A stretch of 64,000 bases of DNA from Euprymna scolopes (Eukaryota). A model generated the notes under the pieces. The model had not been told where the DNA came from. It saw nothing but the letters and a program-made list of their open reading frames with translations, and made no database searches. The stretch lies in assembly GCA_053919585.1 (NCBI GenBank), contig CM132787.1. One strand, 5' to 3'. Of the stretch, positions 1 to 12,999 are shown piece by piece (position 1 is the stretch's first letter; the number at the start of each line of letters is the position of its first letter). Both the position numbers and the translations under genes were made by a program.

Positions 1-145
1 AATTAAACAAAATTACAACAAAAGTACAACAAAATTGCAACAAAATTACAACAAAATTGCAACAAAATTGCAACAATATTACAACAAAATTACAACAAAA
101 TTACAACAAAATTGCAACAAAATTACAGCAAAATTGCAACAAAAA
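1..145. repeat. 11-bp tandem repeat (AACAAAATTAC/AACAAAATTGC), resuming at ~836-885 after a LINE insertion
   Basis: Repeat units read directly on both sides of the LINE fragment. Confidence 0.85.
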
Positions 146-838
146 TGTTTTTATTTATTTATGACATTTTCACCCCAAACAAGGAAAATTGCCACTTTGG
201 TGTAGGGGGCTACTATCAGGGGCAACAACTACTGGGGTATTATGTAGGGATTTTGGGCAGCAAGATGTCGGTTCACGTTACACTTGAACTTCTGCACGTC
301 AGTACTGTTTGGGAAGCAGGGACCTGGAATGGAATTCCAGAGTCTAGCGGTTCTGGGGAAGAAACTATTGGAGTAAAAATATATTTTACATCTAGGGATC
401 TCTACAGTGTGGGGTGGGATTTAGCAGCCTGACGGGTTTGTCGAGGGTACTCACGTCGTGGGGACACAGTGATTGCAGTTCGTCAGAGCATTCACCACTA
501 AAATACTTGTAGAAAAGGCAGAGGGCTGCAACATTTCGTCGATGGGACCGAGGCTGAAGCTTAGATGCCAGTTCAGGGCCTATCAGGTTTGCAACTCTCT
601 TTTGAACCTTGTCAAGGAGCGAGAGACTAGTAGCAGATGCACCAGCCCAGATGTGACAGCAATACTCCATACATGGGTGAATGGTGGCTTTATAGAGGTA
701 CAGGATACTTTCGGATGTTAGTAGTTTTCTAGCACGGTAGAGAGAGCCCACCTTTCTTGCAGCGGCCCTGGCAATGCTTTCAATGTAATTATTCCAACTC
801 ATGTTTCCTGTGAACGTTAGGCCAAGGAGTTTGAAAAT
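146..838 (-). mobile_element. CR1/Zenon-type LINE, 3' fragment
   Basis: Near-identical to 16060-16745; encodes IHPCMEYCCHIWAGA...HRRNVAALCLFYKYF; 3' UTR and A-rich tail present; frameshift near the end. Confidence 0.93.
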
Positions 839-1759
839 TACAACAAAATTACAAAAAATAGTAGCAAAATTACAACAAAATTGCTGGACACAGAGCAATG
901 CAAACACATGAAATATACTCCAGTATTTGCTGCGAAGAATCTCATGCTGCAAATGCAGTTACTCTTTCTATACCTTGTAACGGTATGGCACTGTTTCTCA
1001 TTAATGTATAAACGTACATTGGTATTATCGTATATTTCGGTAATTCTGTGTAATCATTCTTGGTTAGAGGATCAAGCGACCTCCTTTATCCTCTACATGT
1101 GTATCTGCGTCAACAGCCAGATGTTATTCTTCCGGCCAAGTGAGATGTTTCTGCATCAACAACCAGATGTTATTTCTCAGGTCAGGTGAGATAGTTTGGC
1201 TCGGTGTTATGTTATTCCTCCGGTCAGATTTGTTATCTGTGCGTTAATATTATTCTTTTGGCCAGACGTTATCTGTTAATAGTCTCCATAACTTCCGGCC
1301 ATTCCGGTAACAGAGACAAATGTTCAATATGTATTCTCTATCACTATTAAACACCAACTGAATTACTTAATTTTAACTATTGCAAACACACCTTTTCTCT
1401 CTCTACATGATCTTAATCAACCGATCTGAGCTATTGGTGCCTGCTATGCTTCATTTCCTATCTAGCACAATGTTTAAATATAAAGTTTACATTAAGTGCT
1501 AAAAATAAGTTATGTGAGTAGTATGATTGAGTTGTGTATTAATTGATGTACATATTATTTTGAAGTTATGTGTAGACGTATATCTAGGTGTGAGATGATG
1601 ATTGCACATTCATTTCTTTGCATTCCATCCCTTGACGTGTACCTAAATCTTTTCTGCTCTTTATATTTCTAATGATATTCTAAGATCATTCGTTGATATC
1701 TATGTAGGAGGCACAACTGTCTATGGCAACACTTCGAAGATATTTCTGACTCTCTCTCT

Positions 1760-2370
1760 CTCTCTCTCTTTCTCTCTTCCGATTTGGAGTAACTTTTATA
1801 AGTGGTTTGTCACTTGGAATGCATTTCAGATGAAGCTTATCTTTTTGCACCACCAATGCTCGGACCCACACTTCTCACCAGTCGAAATGAATGGTTCTCT
1901 CCTCGAGAAATCCCTCTTTTTTATAAGTTTAGAGGTCTGACTTTTTACCCCAAACATTAATTGTATGAGATCTGTTGCCAAAGTTGATGTAAAAATACAT
2001 CATTCTACCGTTCTAGAAAGTACCTCACACCAAGATGGATACTGCTGCCCATTTATCTCTTGACAAAGCACCAAACTGACTCTGCATCTTAGTGGGCGAT
2101 GTTCTTTTCTCATCCCTACAGTCTCATTTACGTAGAATAAATGTGGTTAACCTTTCTCTTTTCTACCGATATGTTCATCATAATTGTCAACTCAACTCTA
2201 ACATCTAGGACCCCCTTGAACATTCACAGCAAGAACCCGTCTAGCTACAGCATGAAACTGCCTTTTATCTCTTTCCTTACCAAACACTAACCGAAACTTA
2301 TATGAGTAAATCTATTTTCCTAAAACATTCAACCTGTGGAACAAACTATCACGAATTGTCTCCCCAGCTA
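1760..2370 (+). mobile_element. Degenerate CR1/Zenon LINE fragment (family of the 40 kb copy)
   Basis: Translates to WFVTWNAFQMKLIFLHHQCSDPHFSPVEMNG, matching WLVTFNASKTKLLSLHHQRSDPHLASIEMDG in ORF 40088. Confidence 0.8.
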
Positions 2371-2910
2371 CCAGATCAGACTGTCTGAAGATACTGGCTT
2401 TCTGACCTAAAATGCGCCAGACATTAATGTTATTTTTTTCCTTTCCCTTTTCAAAACTCAATTATGTTCTGCAAAGTAAAAAACAAAAAAACAAATACAA
2501 TTTCCCCAAGCAAAAAACAACAGTAAACAAAAACTATGAATAAATATTTGACGATATAAAGAACATAATTTGTTTTTTTCCAAAATTACTCGCTTGAGAA
2601 TATAATAACCTGAAAAGAGTTGATATGCTAGGATACAAAACAATCAAACCAAATACAATATTATAATCTTCAAGTCTATCAGCACAAATGCTTGGCGAAA
2701 TTTTGATTCGAACATCAACAAGATTGTAACAGTGACATTGAAAGGTTCTACTGACAAACGTCTGGAAGCAAAACGATTCGAGAACGTCGAACAAAATGTC
2801 ATTCGACCGTTAGGAGTGAGCCAGGAGAGTTTATGAATGGCCACGACGTTATAAATATCCAATGTCTGAAAGTGCACTAGCAGAAGGTAAATCAGAGACT
2901 GATCGCATCG

Positions 2911-2954
2911 GCGTGGTGAAGTGTTGAAAGACACGAAACTCTAGTAATCCACGC
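2911..2954 (+). ncRNA. Relic hammerhead ribozyme with partly deleted core
   Basis: GCGTGG-TGAA-GTGTT(GAAA)GACAC-GAAAC-TCTA-GTA-ATCCACGC: stems I, II and III and GAAA present; CTGA of the core missing. Confidence 0.5.
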
Positions 2955-3420
2955 AGAAACATCACTGACGACGCACTCAAGCGCACTACTATGATGCGTA
3001 TGTTTAAACTTAATTCGTCTAAAACTTCGATATCAAAAAGTTAGAGGATGCCATTTATGTTGAATAATGGGTGGATTACTAGGAAAGCGGAGCGGGAGAA
3101 GACGATTGTTAAATGTGTTTTAAAGTGTAGACAGTTCAATAAGAGACAGAATGTTGTTTGAAAATCGTAATGAAATCGTTTGAAATTCAATTTTATTGAA
3201 CAATAAGATATTGCAGATATGTGTCTATGTAATGAAATAGGTTCGGAATTTTAATTTCATAAACAATAACTCATTATAAACAATTACAATAAAATTGACC
3301 CGTGACGTCAGTTAGAGACACACGTTGATATATATACTTTATAATATATCGATTTAGATGCACCATAGAGATACGAAGATCTGTGTAACATCTATATCTG
3401 ATTTTTTGAGATAAGGATCG

Positions 3421-3835
3421 GTTATTCGTATTATTTAAATTCTTCGTATTGCTGTTCTCATCTTGTTATTTTCACAAAGTTTCGGTCGATTTTACTTCAG
3501 GTGTTGAACTTGGGAATCGTGGAAGTGGCGCAGTGGTTAGAGCACTTGGAAAAAACAATTGTAAAAGTGATAATCTTCCTAACGTTCAAGGTTCAATTCT
3601 AAATGTGGGCAACCAAATTACTTAGGACCTCTATCCAGTCAAGGTGACGGAACGAGTGCATGCTGCCCCCGTGAAGTAAATGAAGGGTTTGTTCGAAATT
3701 CCATTCAGATTCTCGAGTTCGAAAGAAACATTCCAGAGTACAAGATACACCTGAAGAAATTGGAGGTTATATCGACCGAAACGGTGTGAAAATAAAACTC
3801 AAGATGCGAATAGTAGATGGAATATGGAATAATTA
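3421..3835. mobile_element. Fold-back element with inverted HHR-like arms and an internal tRNA-like promoter
   Basis: Left arm (~3421-3518) is the reverse complement of the right arm (~3708-3835). Right arm has CAC-CTGAAGAA...CGACC-GAAAC-GGT-GTG. Internal A box TGGCGCAGTGG (~3526) and B-box-like GGTTCAATTC (~3590). Confidence 0.7.
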
Positions 3836-4484
3836 GAGGGTGCATATGTCATGATCGAGTCGAAAGAATATTCCATTTTGACAAAATTTCCTAGTTAGCA
3901 TGAATGATGTGTTCTGGACTGGTAAGCAAACCAGTCTGCGAACCAAACATTCTTAACGCTGGCCAATATTAAATATTAAGGACACCTTCGCTAGTAATCA
4001 TTTTAAAAACAAAAGTTCACTGAAAGATTGTTGTTCGGTTAAGCAGGATGTAAGGAGTTAGATCGTTCTACTTTAGAAGCCATCGTCTTCCGATGAAAAA
4101 ATAAAGAACCAATGAGTTTGACTTGAGAATGTGATTTGCGATCGAACGCAAAACAAAATTATTTAAATATCAATAATAAACAAAAAAGGGGCCGAGGTTC
4201 CAAATCATTAACACCAAATCTTTTTTTTTTTTTACCTCGAACGCTAGCAAAAATAAAAAAGTTAAAAATAATGTCCCTTGGTTAGATCTTTTTTTTATCA
4301 TTATAGCGGGAATGGCCCGTTATTCGGCTGATTTTTTAATTACGACGAATAATATAATTTATAATATGTTTATATTTATTTGAAACGTTGCTGCTTTAAA
4401 TGATTTATGCATTTTATCTTTATAACTAATTATGTTAGTTTATTTGCCGCAAAGAATATCAACGCAACAACAGCAACAACAGAT

Positions 4485-4960
4485 AACGGTGGCTAAATGG
4501 TTAACGAGAGGACTGAAATTTGGGTGTGACAAGTTCGAATCTTGTTCATTCTCTAGAAACACTTTTACTGATGGATGTTGGCAACTTTCATCTGGTTCTT
4601 CCCGTTAATAAGTATCTTATAGCTTTCTAGATATAATCCTGACTAGAAAGATAGTAGAGAAACGAATGCCATCAAAAATCATCTGATTCATACGAAATAA
4701 ATGAATAATGATCAGCAACAACAACAACAACAACAACAACAATAATAAGAAGAAGAACAGGGAGGTGACGGTGGCTAAGTGGTCAACGACATGGACTGAA
4801 AGCCTGGTTATGTCTAGTTCGAACCCAGTTTATTCCACAGAAAGACTTTCAATTAGGGATGTTGGCAAACTTCACGTGGTCCTTCTAGTAAGTACCTTGT
4901 ATTCTTTTAGAAATAATTCGCAATATCGGGGAAACGAATAGCAACAAAATCATCATGGGT
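4485..4960 (+). mobile_element. Two tandem copies of a tRNA-derived SINE
   Basis: A box TGGCTAARTGG, B box GTTCGAA, shared body GGATGTTGGCAA..CTTCA..TGGT, (CAA)n tails; a third copy lies at 48240-48445 (-). Confidence 0.75.
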
Positions 4961-5239
4961 TATTCTCACCACCATCACCACCACCACCACCACCAACAAC
5001 AACACACACACACACAGACAACTATTGGAATACGACGGAAGATCACGTGGATAATTTTGAATTGGCTATCCTCAGTTTCGGAGAATCGTCATTGCTGGAG
5101 GGGAAGAAACGAGGTATGATTTAATTGTGTTTTTGTTCAATTGTATTGGTTGTGTTTTTATTTGATTGTGACATCCAGAGAAATGCAACAAAATGACCAC
5201 CGATATAATTCTCAACATTTCCTTTTACTCTTTTTTTAT

Positions 5240-5690
5240 CCACAAACAAAACATACTGTCACTTAGAATTAACAGGAGACTGTGGAGAGTTTAGCAGCAA
5301 GATGTCTGTTCACATTACATTTAAACTTTAGCTGGTTAGAGAAGTCAGAAAAGCAAGAAACAGGGAGAGAATTCCAAAGTCTAGAAGTGTGAGGGAGGAA
5401 ACTATTAGAGTAGAAGGCTTTCTGGCATTTAGTAATCTTAACAGTTAAGGGTGGGATTTTGCTGCTTGTCAAGTTAGTTGGGAGTATGTACGGGGCACAA
5501 ATGATATGAGTTCATCAGAGCATCTTATATTAGAGTATTTGTAAAACAGGCACAGGGATGATTGGTTGATACTGCGGAACTTAAGAGATTTGAGACCTTT
5601 CTTTTGGACTTTGACTAAAGGTAAAAGACAAGTGATATATGCACCAATTCGGATCTGGCAACCATGCTCCATTCATGGGCGAATTGTGGC
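5240..5690 (-). mobile_element. Degenerate CR1/Zenon LINE 3' fragment
   Basis: ORFs 5269-5672 give LCLFYKYSN..CSDEL and YSNSFLPHTSRLWNSLP..FKCNVNRHL. Confidence 0.85.
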
Positions 5691-6334
5691 TTAATAACCT
5701 TCGTTGATGTTAGGAAAGGCAGGATTTCAGCGTGATAGATATTAATAATTTTTAATATATTTCGAAACTTTTAACAAATCTCTAAAAATATTAGATGACT
5801 TTTCGATTGGATTTATTTCGGAATTCATACGCGAAAGAAATAAAGAAATCAAAGCAGTTAATCGTTTTCCAATAAGCGAAGATTAATCGATTTTCATGAT
5901 CTGTCGTTAATCGAAAGCACTTGAACAATCCTAAACATGCCCGAAGGTTTTGCATAGATTAGCGACACCAATTAGTCAGAAATCACAACGTCGTCATATG
6001 TCAACGGGATATTATGAAGTCGGTGGTATAATAAATGTCTGATCCCTGGACTCAGACTGAAAAGGGATCAAAGAAGCACATTAGTGAAGGTGGCGGTTTA
6101 GGCGGAGACACCTGAGGTATTAAATGAGTTTTAGGTTGGTGACAGTCAACTCCGGTTCGTAATCCACGCAAGTCTCATCCGTAATCACGACTAATCCAAA
6201 AAGCGATTTGACAATGTCGAACGGCGAAGGCACTTCACTAACTTTTACTGACTTCTTAAAAAACAATTCGTAATAAAATAAAGTAAAATACAAACAAGTG
6301 GGGAATATCCTTATGGTATTATTTGTAATCTAAG

Positions 6335-8170
6335 TATGACAGACAACCGAAAATGATATTTCTAACCTAACCTAACTTTCTAACCAAAACGTGACAGACA
6401 ATCGAAAATGATATTTTTAACCCAAACGTGACAGACAACCAAAAATGATATTTCTAACCCAAACATGACAGACAACCGAAAATGATATTTCTAACCCAAA
6501 CGTGACAGACAACCGAAAATGATATTTCTAACCAAAACGTGACAGACAACCGAAAATGATATTTCTAACCAAAACGTGACAGACAACCGAAACGTCTGTT
6601 TTAAAACATAAGCCTGAAAGATAAGAGAAAATATTATTTAAAACACAAATATGACAGACAACCGAACGTGTTAATTCAATTTTTTCAATAAGTTTCCAGT
6701 CGTTTTTCATACGGGCATTTCCATTAGAGTACTTGTAAAGTAGGCAAAGAGATACTTGTCCGATGCTGCGTACGGGCATTTAAAATTGTTATAGGCTCTT
6801 GAAAATTCAGCATGTTATTGCTATACATCTTATAAGAGGACTGACATATTTTTATAGTTTCAAGTTTAAATAAACAGTGGAATACACCCTACTAAAGCCT
6901 GATTGTAACAGCTAGTGAATATCAAAAATTTAATCTGGACGTGAGTACATTTTAGAAGAACGATATGCAATAAAATTCTGTTTTAAACTTGAAAATAAAT
7001 GCCACAGAAACGTATGGAATGCTTCAGACTGCTTTTGGACCATCTTCCATGAATTGAGCATCAGTTTTTGAGTGGCATAAGAGATTCAAGGAAGGCAGAT
7101 GTCTGTAAGGGATGATGAAAGGTGTGTGATGAGTTAGGAAGTCAGAACACCAAAGTTGATTAGCCAAATAAAAGATTTCATAGATAAGGACCGTCATGTG
7201 TCTATAGAGATAATAAGTTCACAGTTTAATGTCAGTGTGGGAACTGTATACACAAGGAACACGAGGAACTGAAGATGCAGAAGATTTGCGCAAAGTTTGT
7301 CCCAAGGGTTCTTCATCCTTGTCACAAAATGTTTGACCAAGATGGGCATCTAAACAGTTCCTCATCCTCCCTATAGTCCAGACCTTGCTCCCTGCGACTT
7401 TTGGTAATTCCCTAAGCTCAAGGAAAACATCAGAGGCTGTCATCATGAGACAACTGACGTGATGAAAGAGGCTGTGACGAAGGTCATTGACACGCACACA
7501 CAAGAGGGCTTCCATGGGGCTTTCCAGAAGTTGTTGGAACGGTACACTAAGTGCATTGCAACAGGAGGAGATTACTTTGAAGGGGAGTAGAGTTTCATAT
7601 GTGTACTATCAATAGAATTCTCATCCAAAAAAGTTTGGAAACTTATTTAAAGCACCTCGTAAACTTCACAGACAGCCAAAAACTTTGTTTCAAACTTAAG
7701 CATGATACAGACTTAAAATGTTATTTAATATCTAAACCAGAAAAACAACGAAAATGTTATTTCAAACATATTCGCAACAGACAACCGAAAATATAAATCT
7801 AAGCATGACAGACGGTCGAAAATCGTATTTTAAGCATACGTGTGATATATAATTTGAAATTTCAATATCAACTTAAATGGGACACACAACTGAAAACGTT
7901 ATTTCGATGATAATCGAAAAATTTTGTTCCAACCTTAACGTGACAGACAACAGAAAATATTATTAAAAATTTAAACGTGAGATACAACATCAAAAAATTA
8001 TTCCATGCCCATCAGTACAGAGAACTGAAAAAATATTTCATATTTAAGTGTTACAGACAAACGAAAATCATATTTCAAGCTCCAGCGCGACGGACAAGAG
8101 AAAACGCCATTTCAAACTAGCAGAGAAAGAAAATATTTTAAACGTAAATGTGACGCACAAAAGTGATATA
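6335..8170. repeat. 37-bp minisatellite (GTGACAGACAACCGAAAATGATATTTCTAACCCAAAC) split by a mariner
   Basis: Period of 37 (e.g. 6391 to 6428); homogeneous at 6390-6595, degenerate at 7665-8170. Confidence 0.8.
6685..7661 (+). mobile_element. Mariner transposon relic, internally deleted
   Basis: ERYAIKFCFKL...RASVFEWHKRFKEGR and HPPYSPDLAPCDFW motifs; right TIR ...GGAAACTTATTTAAAGCACCTCG followed by TA; partial left TIR TCAATAAGTTTCCAG. Confidence 0.9.
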
Positions 8171-8563
8171 CAGTATTGATACTCGACAGACAATTCTTTT
8201 TATGTCGAATCGCGGCCGCACCTAAATATGTGAATGCAGAAGAAAAGGGTGTCAGTAATCTATCATGATGGTTTGATAAACATCACTGTCATGATTTGTG
8301 ATGAACGGACATGTTCTTTATTCGATAAATCTCCGGGATTTACAAAAAAAAAAAATTAAAGATTTTATCGATAAACTTTGAAAATTCGATTCAAAACCCC
8401 AGAAACATTGGAGCCAATAAAATAGCGCATAAAAACAACGTTAACAGATTTTTTAAAATCTGTCAAAATTGAATATACATGATAAATTTTACAACGAATA
8501 AAACTGAGTGCGGCAAACACATACACATATATGTTGAAAGCATTCCAATACAATTGGAAACAC

Positions 8564-8618
<55 letters not shown>

Positions 8619-8879
8619 TAACTGCCTAAGGTACACGTATGCACATATATAAATATATATGAGAATAGTGAAAACAATATATTTACAATAATAAAATAAA
8701 CTGACTAAGGTACACGCATACACATATATAAAAATATATATGGGAATGTTTAAAACAATATATTTACAATAAATAAAAAACTGACTAACGTACATGTATA
8801 TGAAATACTAGAACTTCAACCAAAATGGAATGGTTAATGTATAAAATTAATGGATAAATATGTAAACAAACTAGTTAAA

Positions 8880-9110
8880 ATAATGACGTAGACATATCTC
8901 TAATATCAACCCATATTTAAGTTGTATCAACCTCTGTCTTTCATGAAATAAGGGTTCATTGAAAAAAGAAACATTGCATACCTAAAGATGTTACTTACGT
9001 TAAATATATAGACGACATCTTAATTAAAATGCAAATACGAAACTTAGTTCACATCATCAATAAAAGAGAAAAAACATAAAATTGATATTCAAATCTGAAT
9101 AAAACCATTA
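8880..9110 (+). mobile_element. Probable Penelope-like RT relic
   Basis: Translates to IPKDVTYVKYIDDILIK (YxDD catalytic motif in a PLE-like context); otherwise decayed. Confidence 0.4.
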
Positions 9111-10142
9111 TACACTTGTGCGAAGCTATTAGATGATGTAATAGGTGCGAGTGTCTACCTCTCCATTATTTAAGGAGAGTTACGTCATAGCTGGAAATGT
9201 GCAAGATGACTTTATCAAACATGTCAGATGCTTGTTCCAAGATCGTTCGATTGCTCCATCTCCTTAAGATACTAAAAACAATGTTTTGCCTAGGTTGATC
9301 TCCAATTAAACTAGTGAACTTTCTCTGTGTAGCATGTTATCTTATTTTGAGGACACTTTTTAACCCAGCATAACAAACATCCGTTGACTCAAAGCTGGCG
9401 AACTAGGAAGACCACAATCATCGCCACCGTCACCAAAAGATGTATAGGGTCAAATTAGTTAGCAAACCAGCTCTTATGAAGGAAAACGATCAACCAATTT
9501 TAAACGTATGTACCATGTAAGATATATATTTTAATTAAATTGAAATATACAATTAAAATTAGTACAGTTCTAATTTTAGAGGAAAACGTACGTAATCCTC
9601 GTACAGATTTTATAGATTGAATTTGTTTCTGTGTTGGCATTGGAAAATTAATTCACTTTTATAGTATAATATAATTTTATATTCATACTTAAAAATAATA
9701 ATGTTCTCTAGGCTGAGGTGGCATATTTAAGTGAAACTATTACTGACAAAAAAAAAAAAACGATCAGAAAAATTAGGACAGTTTATTAGAACAGGAAAAA
9801 TCCCTACAGGTTATTTGTTTATGTTATTCTAAAATCAAAATATATTAATATATATTTTTTTCTAATATATGCTGCAAAGTATATTGTACAATTTAGTTAC
9901 GTGTGTGTGTATATATTAATGTATGTACGTATAAGTTGTGGTATGTGGGGGGTAGACATACAGAGATATGATAATTTAAATGTGAAGCTGATTCAAAACA
10001 AACAGACTCAAGCAACTTCACATTATTCTATCGATTAATTAATTTGTTTAAAAATTAAAAAGAGGAATATATCTAACTATTATGACATTTAAACATTTGT
10101 TAAAAAATTAAAAACGAATGTGAATTTTTTTACGTTATTATA

Positions 10143-10880
10143 GTACAGTTGCTCATACGTCACTTTACATTTTAAAAATTTAATAACTTTTTTTCTTTTG
10201 ATATATTTCTTTTCAGAATCATAAAATAGAATCTTTGGAAAGTTTTGGTATGGATAAGTTTACAACATAACAACGAGTGAAGAAAATTGAATTTTACTTT
10301 AAAAATTGACGGTCAATTGTTGCAACGCAAATATCTTATATGCGCCATTTCAATGTTCGACATCCTCCTAGTAGGCCTGCATTAATGAACTTAGTGACGC
10401 GTTTTCAAAAGCAGAGTTCTGTAACTAATAAGTTTAGACGTGGACGAGGTCGCTCAGTATGTACACCTGAAAATATTGAAGATGTGAGGCGTAGCATTGA
10501 AGAGAACCCAACCACATCCACTCGAAGGCGTTCTCAAGAACTTGCCATCTCACGGAATTTTCTACGGTGCATTCAAAGAGATTTGCACATGTATCCTTAC
10601 AAAGTTCAATTGTGCAATCTTTACAACCAACAGGCTTTCAGAAACAACTAAATAACGATGTTAGGTTTCAGGAAACGGCAAGAAATGACAATGAGTTTAT
10701 TCACAAGTTGATCATCGGAGATGAATCTCATTTCCATTTGAATGGGTATATCATTAAGCAAAATACCGGATTCTGGGGCACCGAAAATCCATGCCAAGTT
10801 CATGCGAGTCCAATGGACTCAGTTAAAGTCACAGTATGGTATGGAGTAACCTCAAAAAGGGTTATTGAGCCCCCTACTTC
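10143..10880 (+). mobile_element. Tc1/mariner-superfamily (maT/DUF4817-type) transposase relic, 3'-truncated
   Basis: GRGRSVCTPENIEDVRRSIEENPTTSTRRRSQEL..LHMYPYKVQ; IGDESHFHLNGYIIKQN..FWGTENP..KVTVW; frameshifted. Confidence 0.85.
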
Positions 10881-11184
10881 AAAGTGGCACTGAGCCTTGT
10901 TTGGCATGAAAATTGAATAATAATAAGAAAGAGACAATTTTAAAACATCTTATGATAAATAAAATTGTTGTCATTATTATTACTATTATTATTACTATTG
11001 TTGTTGTGATTATAGTTGTTATTATTATTGTTATTATTATTGTTGTTGTTGTGATTATAGTTGTTATCATTATTGTTATTATTATTGTTGTTATTTTTCT
11101 ATTGTTATTTTAGTTATTGTTATTATCAATTTAGTTGTGATTACAGTTGTTGTTCTTTTAAGTATTGTTTTTGTTATTGTTATT

Positions 11185-12360
11185 ATTAGGAATAGTCACA
11201 CAACCCATCATCATGGCGTTCTCTAGAGCCTAAGTGACAATAAATCTCCCCAGATTTCCAGTACTCTCGACTTCTTTTGATAACCTTTGCAGTTTAATTT
11301 GCGTTATCGCAACAGACACTTAATATTGATTTCTTGTTGGCAGCGACAATTGGTATTCACTAAAATTTGGGTGGTAATAAGCCTCCCCAAGGTCGCAGTC
11401 TGCCTTGCACTCATCCAGCAGAGGTCTGGCTAGTGCTTTCTCTCCTCGATCTTTCCATCCTCCTTGACTCTCCTCAATTACTGGGTGTGGTGCCATTTTA
11501 TGGTGACACACGCACACACACAAAAAGTTTGTGTATGGCAGGGGCGTTCAACTTACAATTGTACAGTTTCAGTTTTATAATTTCATGTGATGTTCCTTTG
11601 TGTTTTCTGTCCAGTTTGTGTCGGTAGCTCACGTGTGTTACTCTCCTCATTCAAGCGTTTTCTTTAATATTTCTGTAATTTTCATTATTGTTATCCTTTG
11701 TATCTTCTCAGCCATCACTCTGATTCCAACCTCTCCCAATCTTTTTTCAAAGTTTTTCGGTATTTTAGTCCTCCTACTATTAGTGGTGCTATTTTTACTT
11801 TCTTTATCTTCAAGATCTCTTTGAGTTCTCTGACCAGTCTCATGTATTTGCTCCGCTTCTCCGTCACTCTGTGGTCTGCTGAAATGGCAAAACCTATGTC
11901 CCATAAGAGCTTGTAACTTTCATTTTCTGCTACTGCTGCCGGTTTGTGCGTGTAGCATTCGTCTGTGTGTTCAAAATGCAATCGTTTGTCTAACTGTCAA
12001 TGTACTACGTTTCATACTTGATTGTGTCTATTTTTATATTCATTTTGGGCTAGTTTGCTGCATTCACTTTTTATGTGATTTACTGTTTTGTATGTTGTCC
12101 ACAGAGTCTGCATTTGCTGTTTTCTTGTGTCTTGTCGATCTTTGCTTTGATGTGGTTGGTTCTAATTGTGTTATTTTGTGCGGCTGTTATTAGCGATTTA
12201 ATTTCCCTGTTTAGGTTTCATTGTTGCAGCCACTTCCAAGTATTTTCGTTTGTATGAATTGTTTGTGTAGTTGTTTCTCTTCCCATTTTTTTCCTCGTCT
12301 TTATTCCTCGTTTCTTCTTTTTCTATATTGTTTGTTTCTTCAGTGTCTCTTGCTGCAGTG
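11185..12360 (-). mobile_element. R4/Dong-clade LINE relics (restriction-like endonuclease end)
   Basis: HKPAAVAENESYKLLWD..SADHRV..KRSKY..L..EL; abuts (ATT)n/(AAT)n at 12361-12427; a second 3'-end piece at ~11185-11290. Confidence 0.8.
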
Positions 12361-12383
12361 ATTATTATTATTATTATTATTAT

Positions 12384-12428
<45 letters not shown>

Positions 12429-12999
12429 TTTTTCCTCTGTGGGGAATTTTAAGAACTTATCACAGAAAACATTTAAGAGAACATTTATATGATTTTAATG
12501 TCAATATTTTGTGAAATGTCACATCCGATAAATCCAAAAAATTCCTCTTAATAATCATACAAGCATCGTCGAAATCCCGGCATTCTACTTGACTAATATA
12601 GCCGGAATTTCCTTGAATATCAACATGTTGCATCAATATTGTCTCTAGGCAATTTAAAGGGCAGTATATGTTCCTTCATGAGGGAAGAGAGAATGCCCCC
12701 TCAAAAAGGAAATATAAATATTTATATATATTTATATCACACATGGTAGCACGATCCTGAACAAGCTCGTCCACACAATCCCAAACACCTCTGATGATTC
12801 AGCACGGCATGATCTCGAATGATATCATTGACTTGACACGACATGATCCTGAACAACACCGTTGAATCGACATAAAATTATCTCAAACAACACTGTCGAT
12901 TGACATGACACAATCCCGAACAATACTGTCAAATTGACACACCACGACATGATCATGAATGCAGTTACATGCAACACCTTGCAAGAGCAATCTTTTTCA

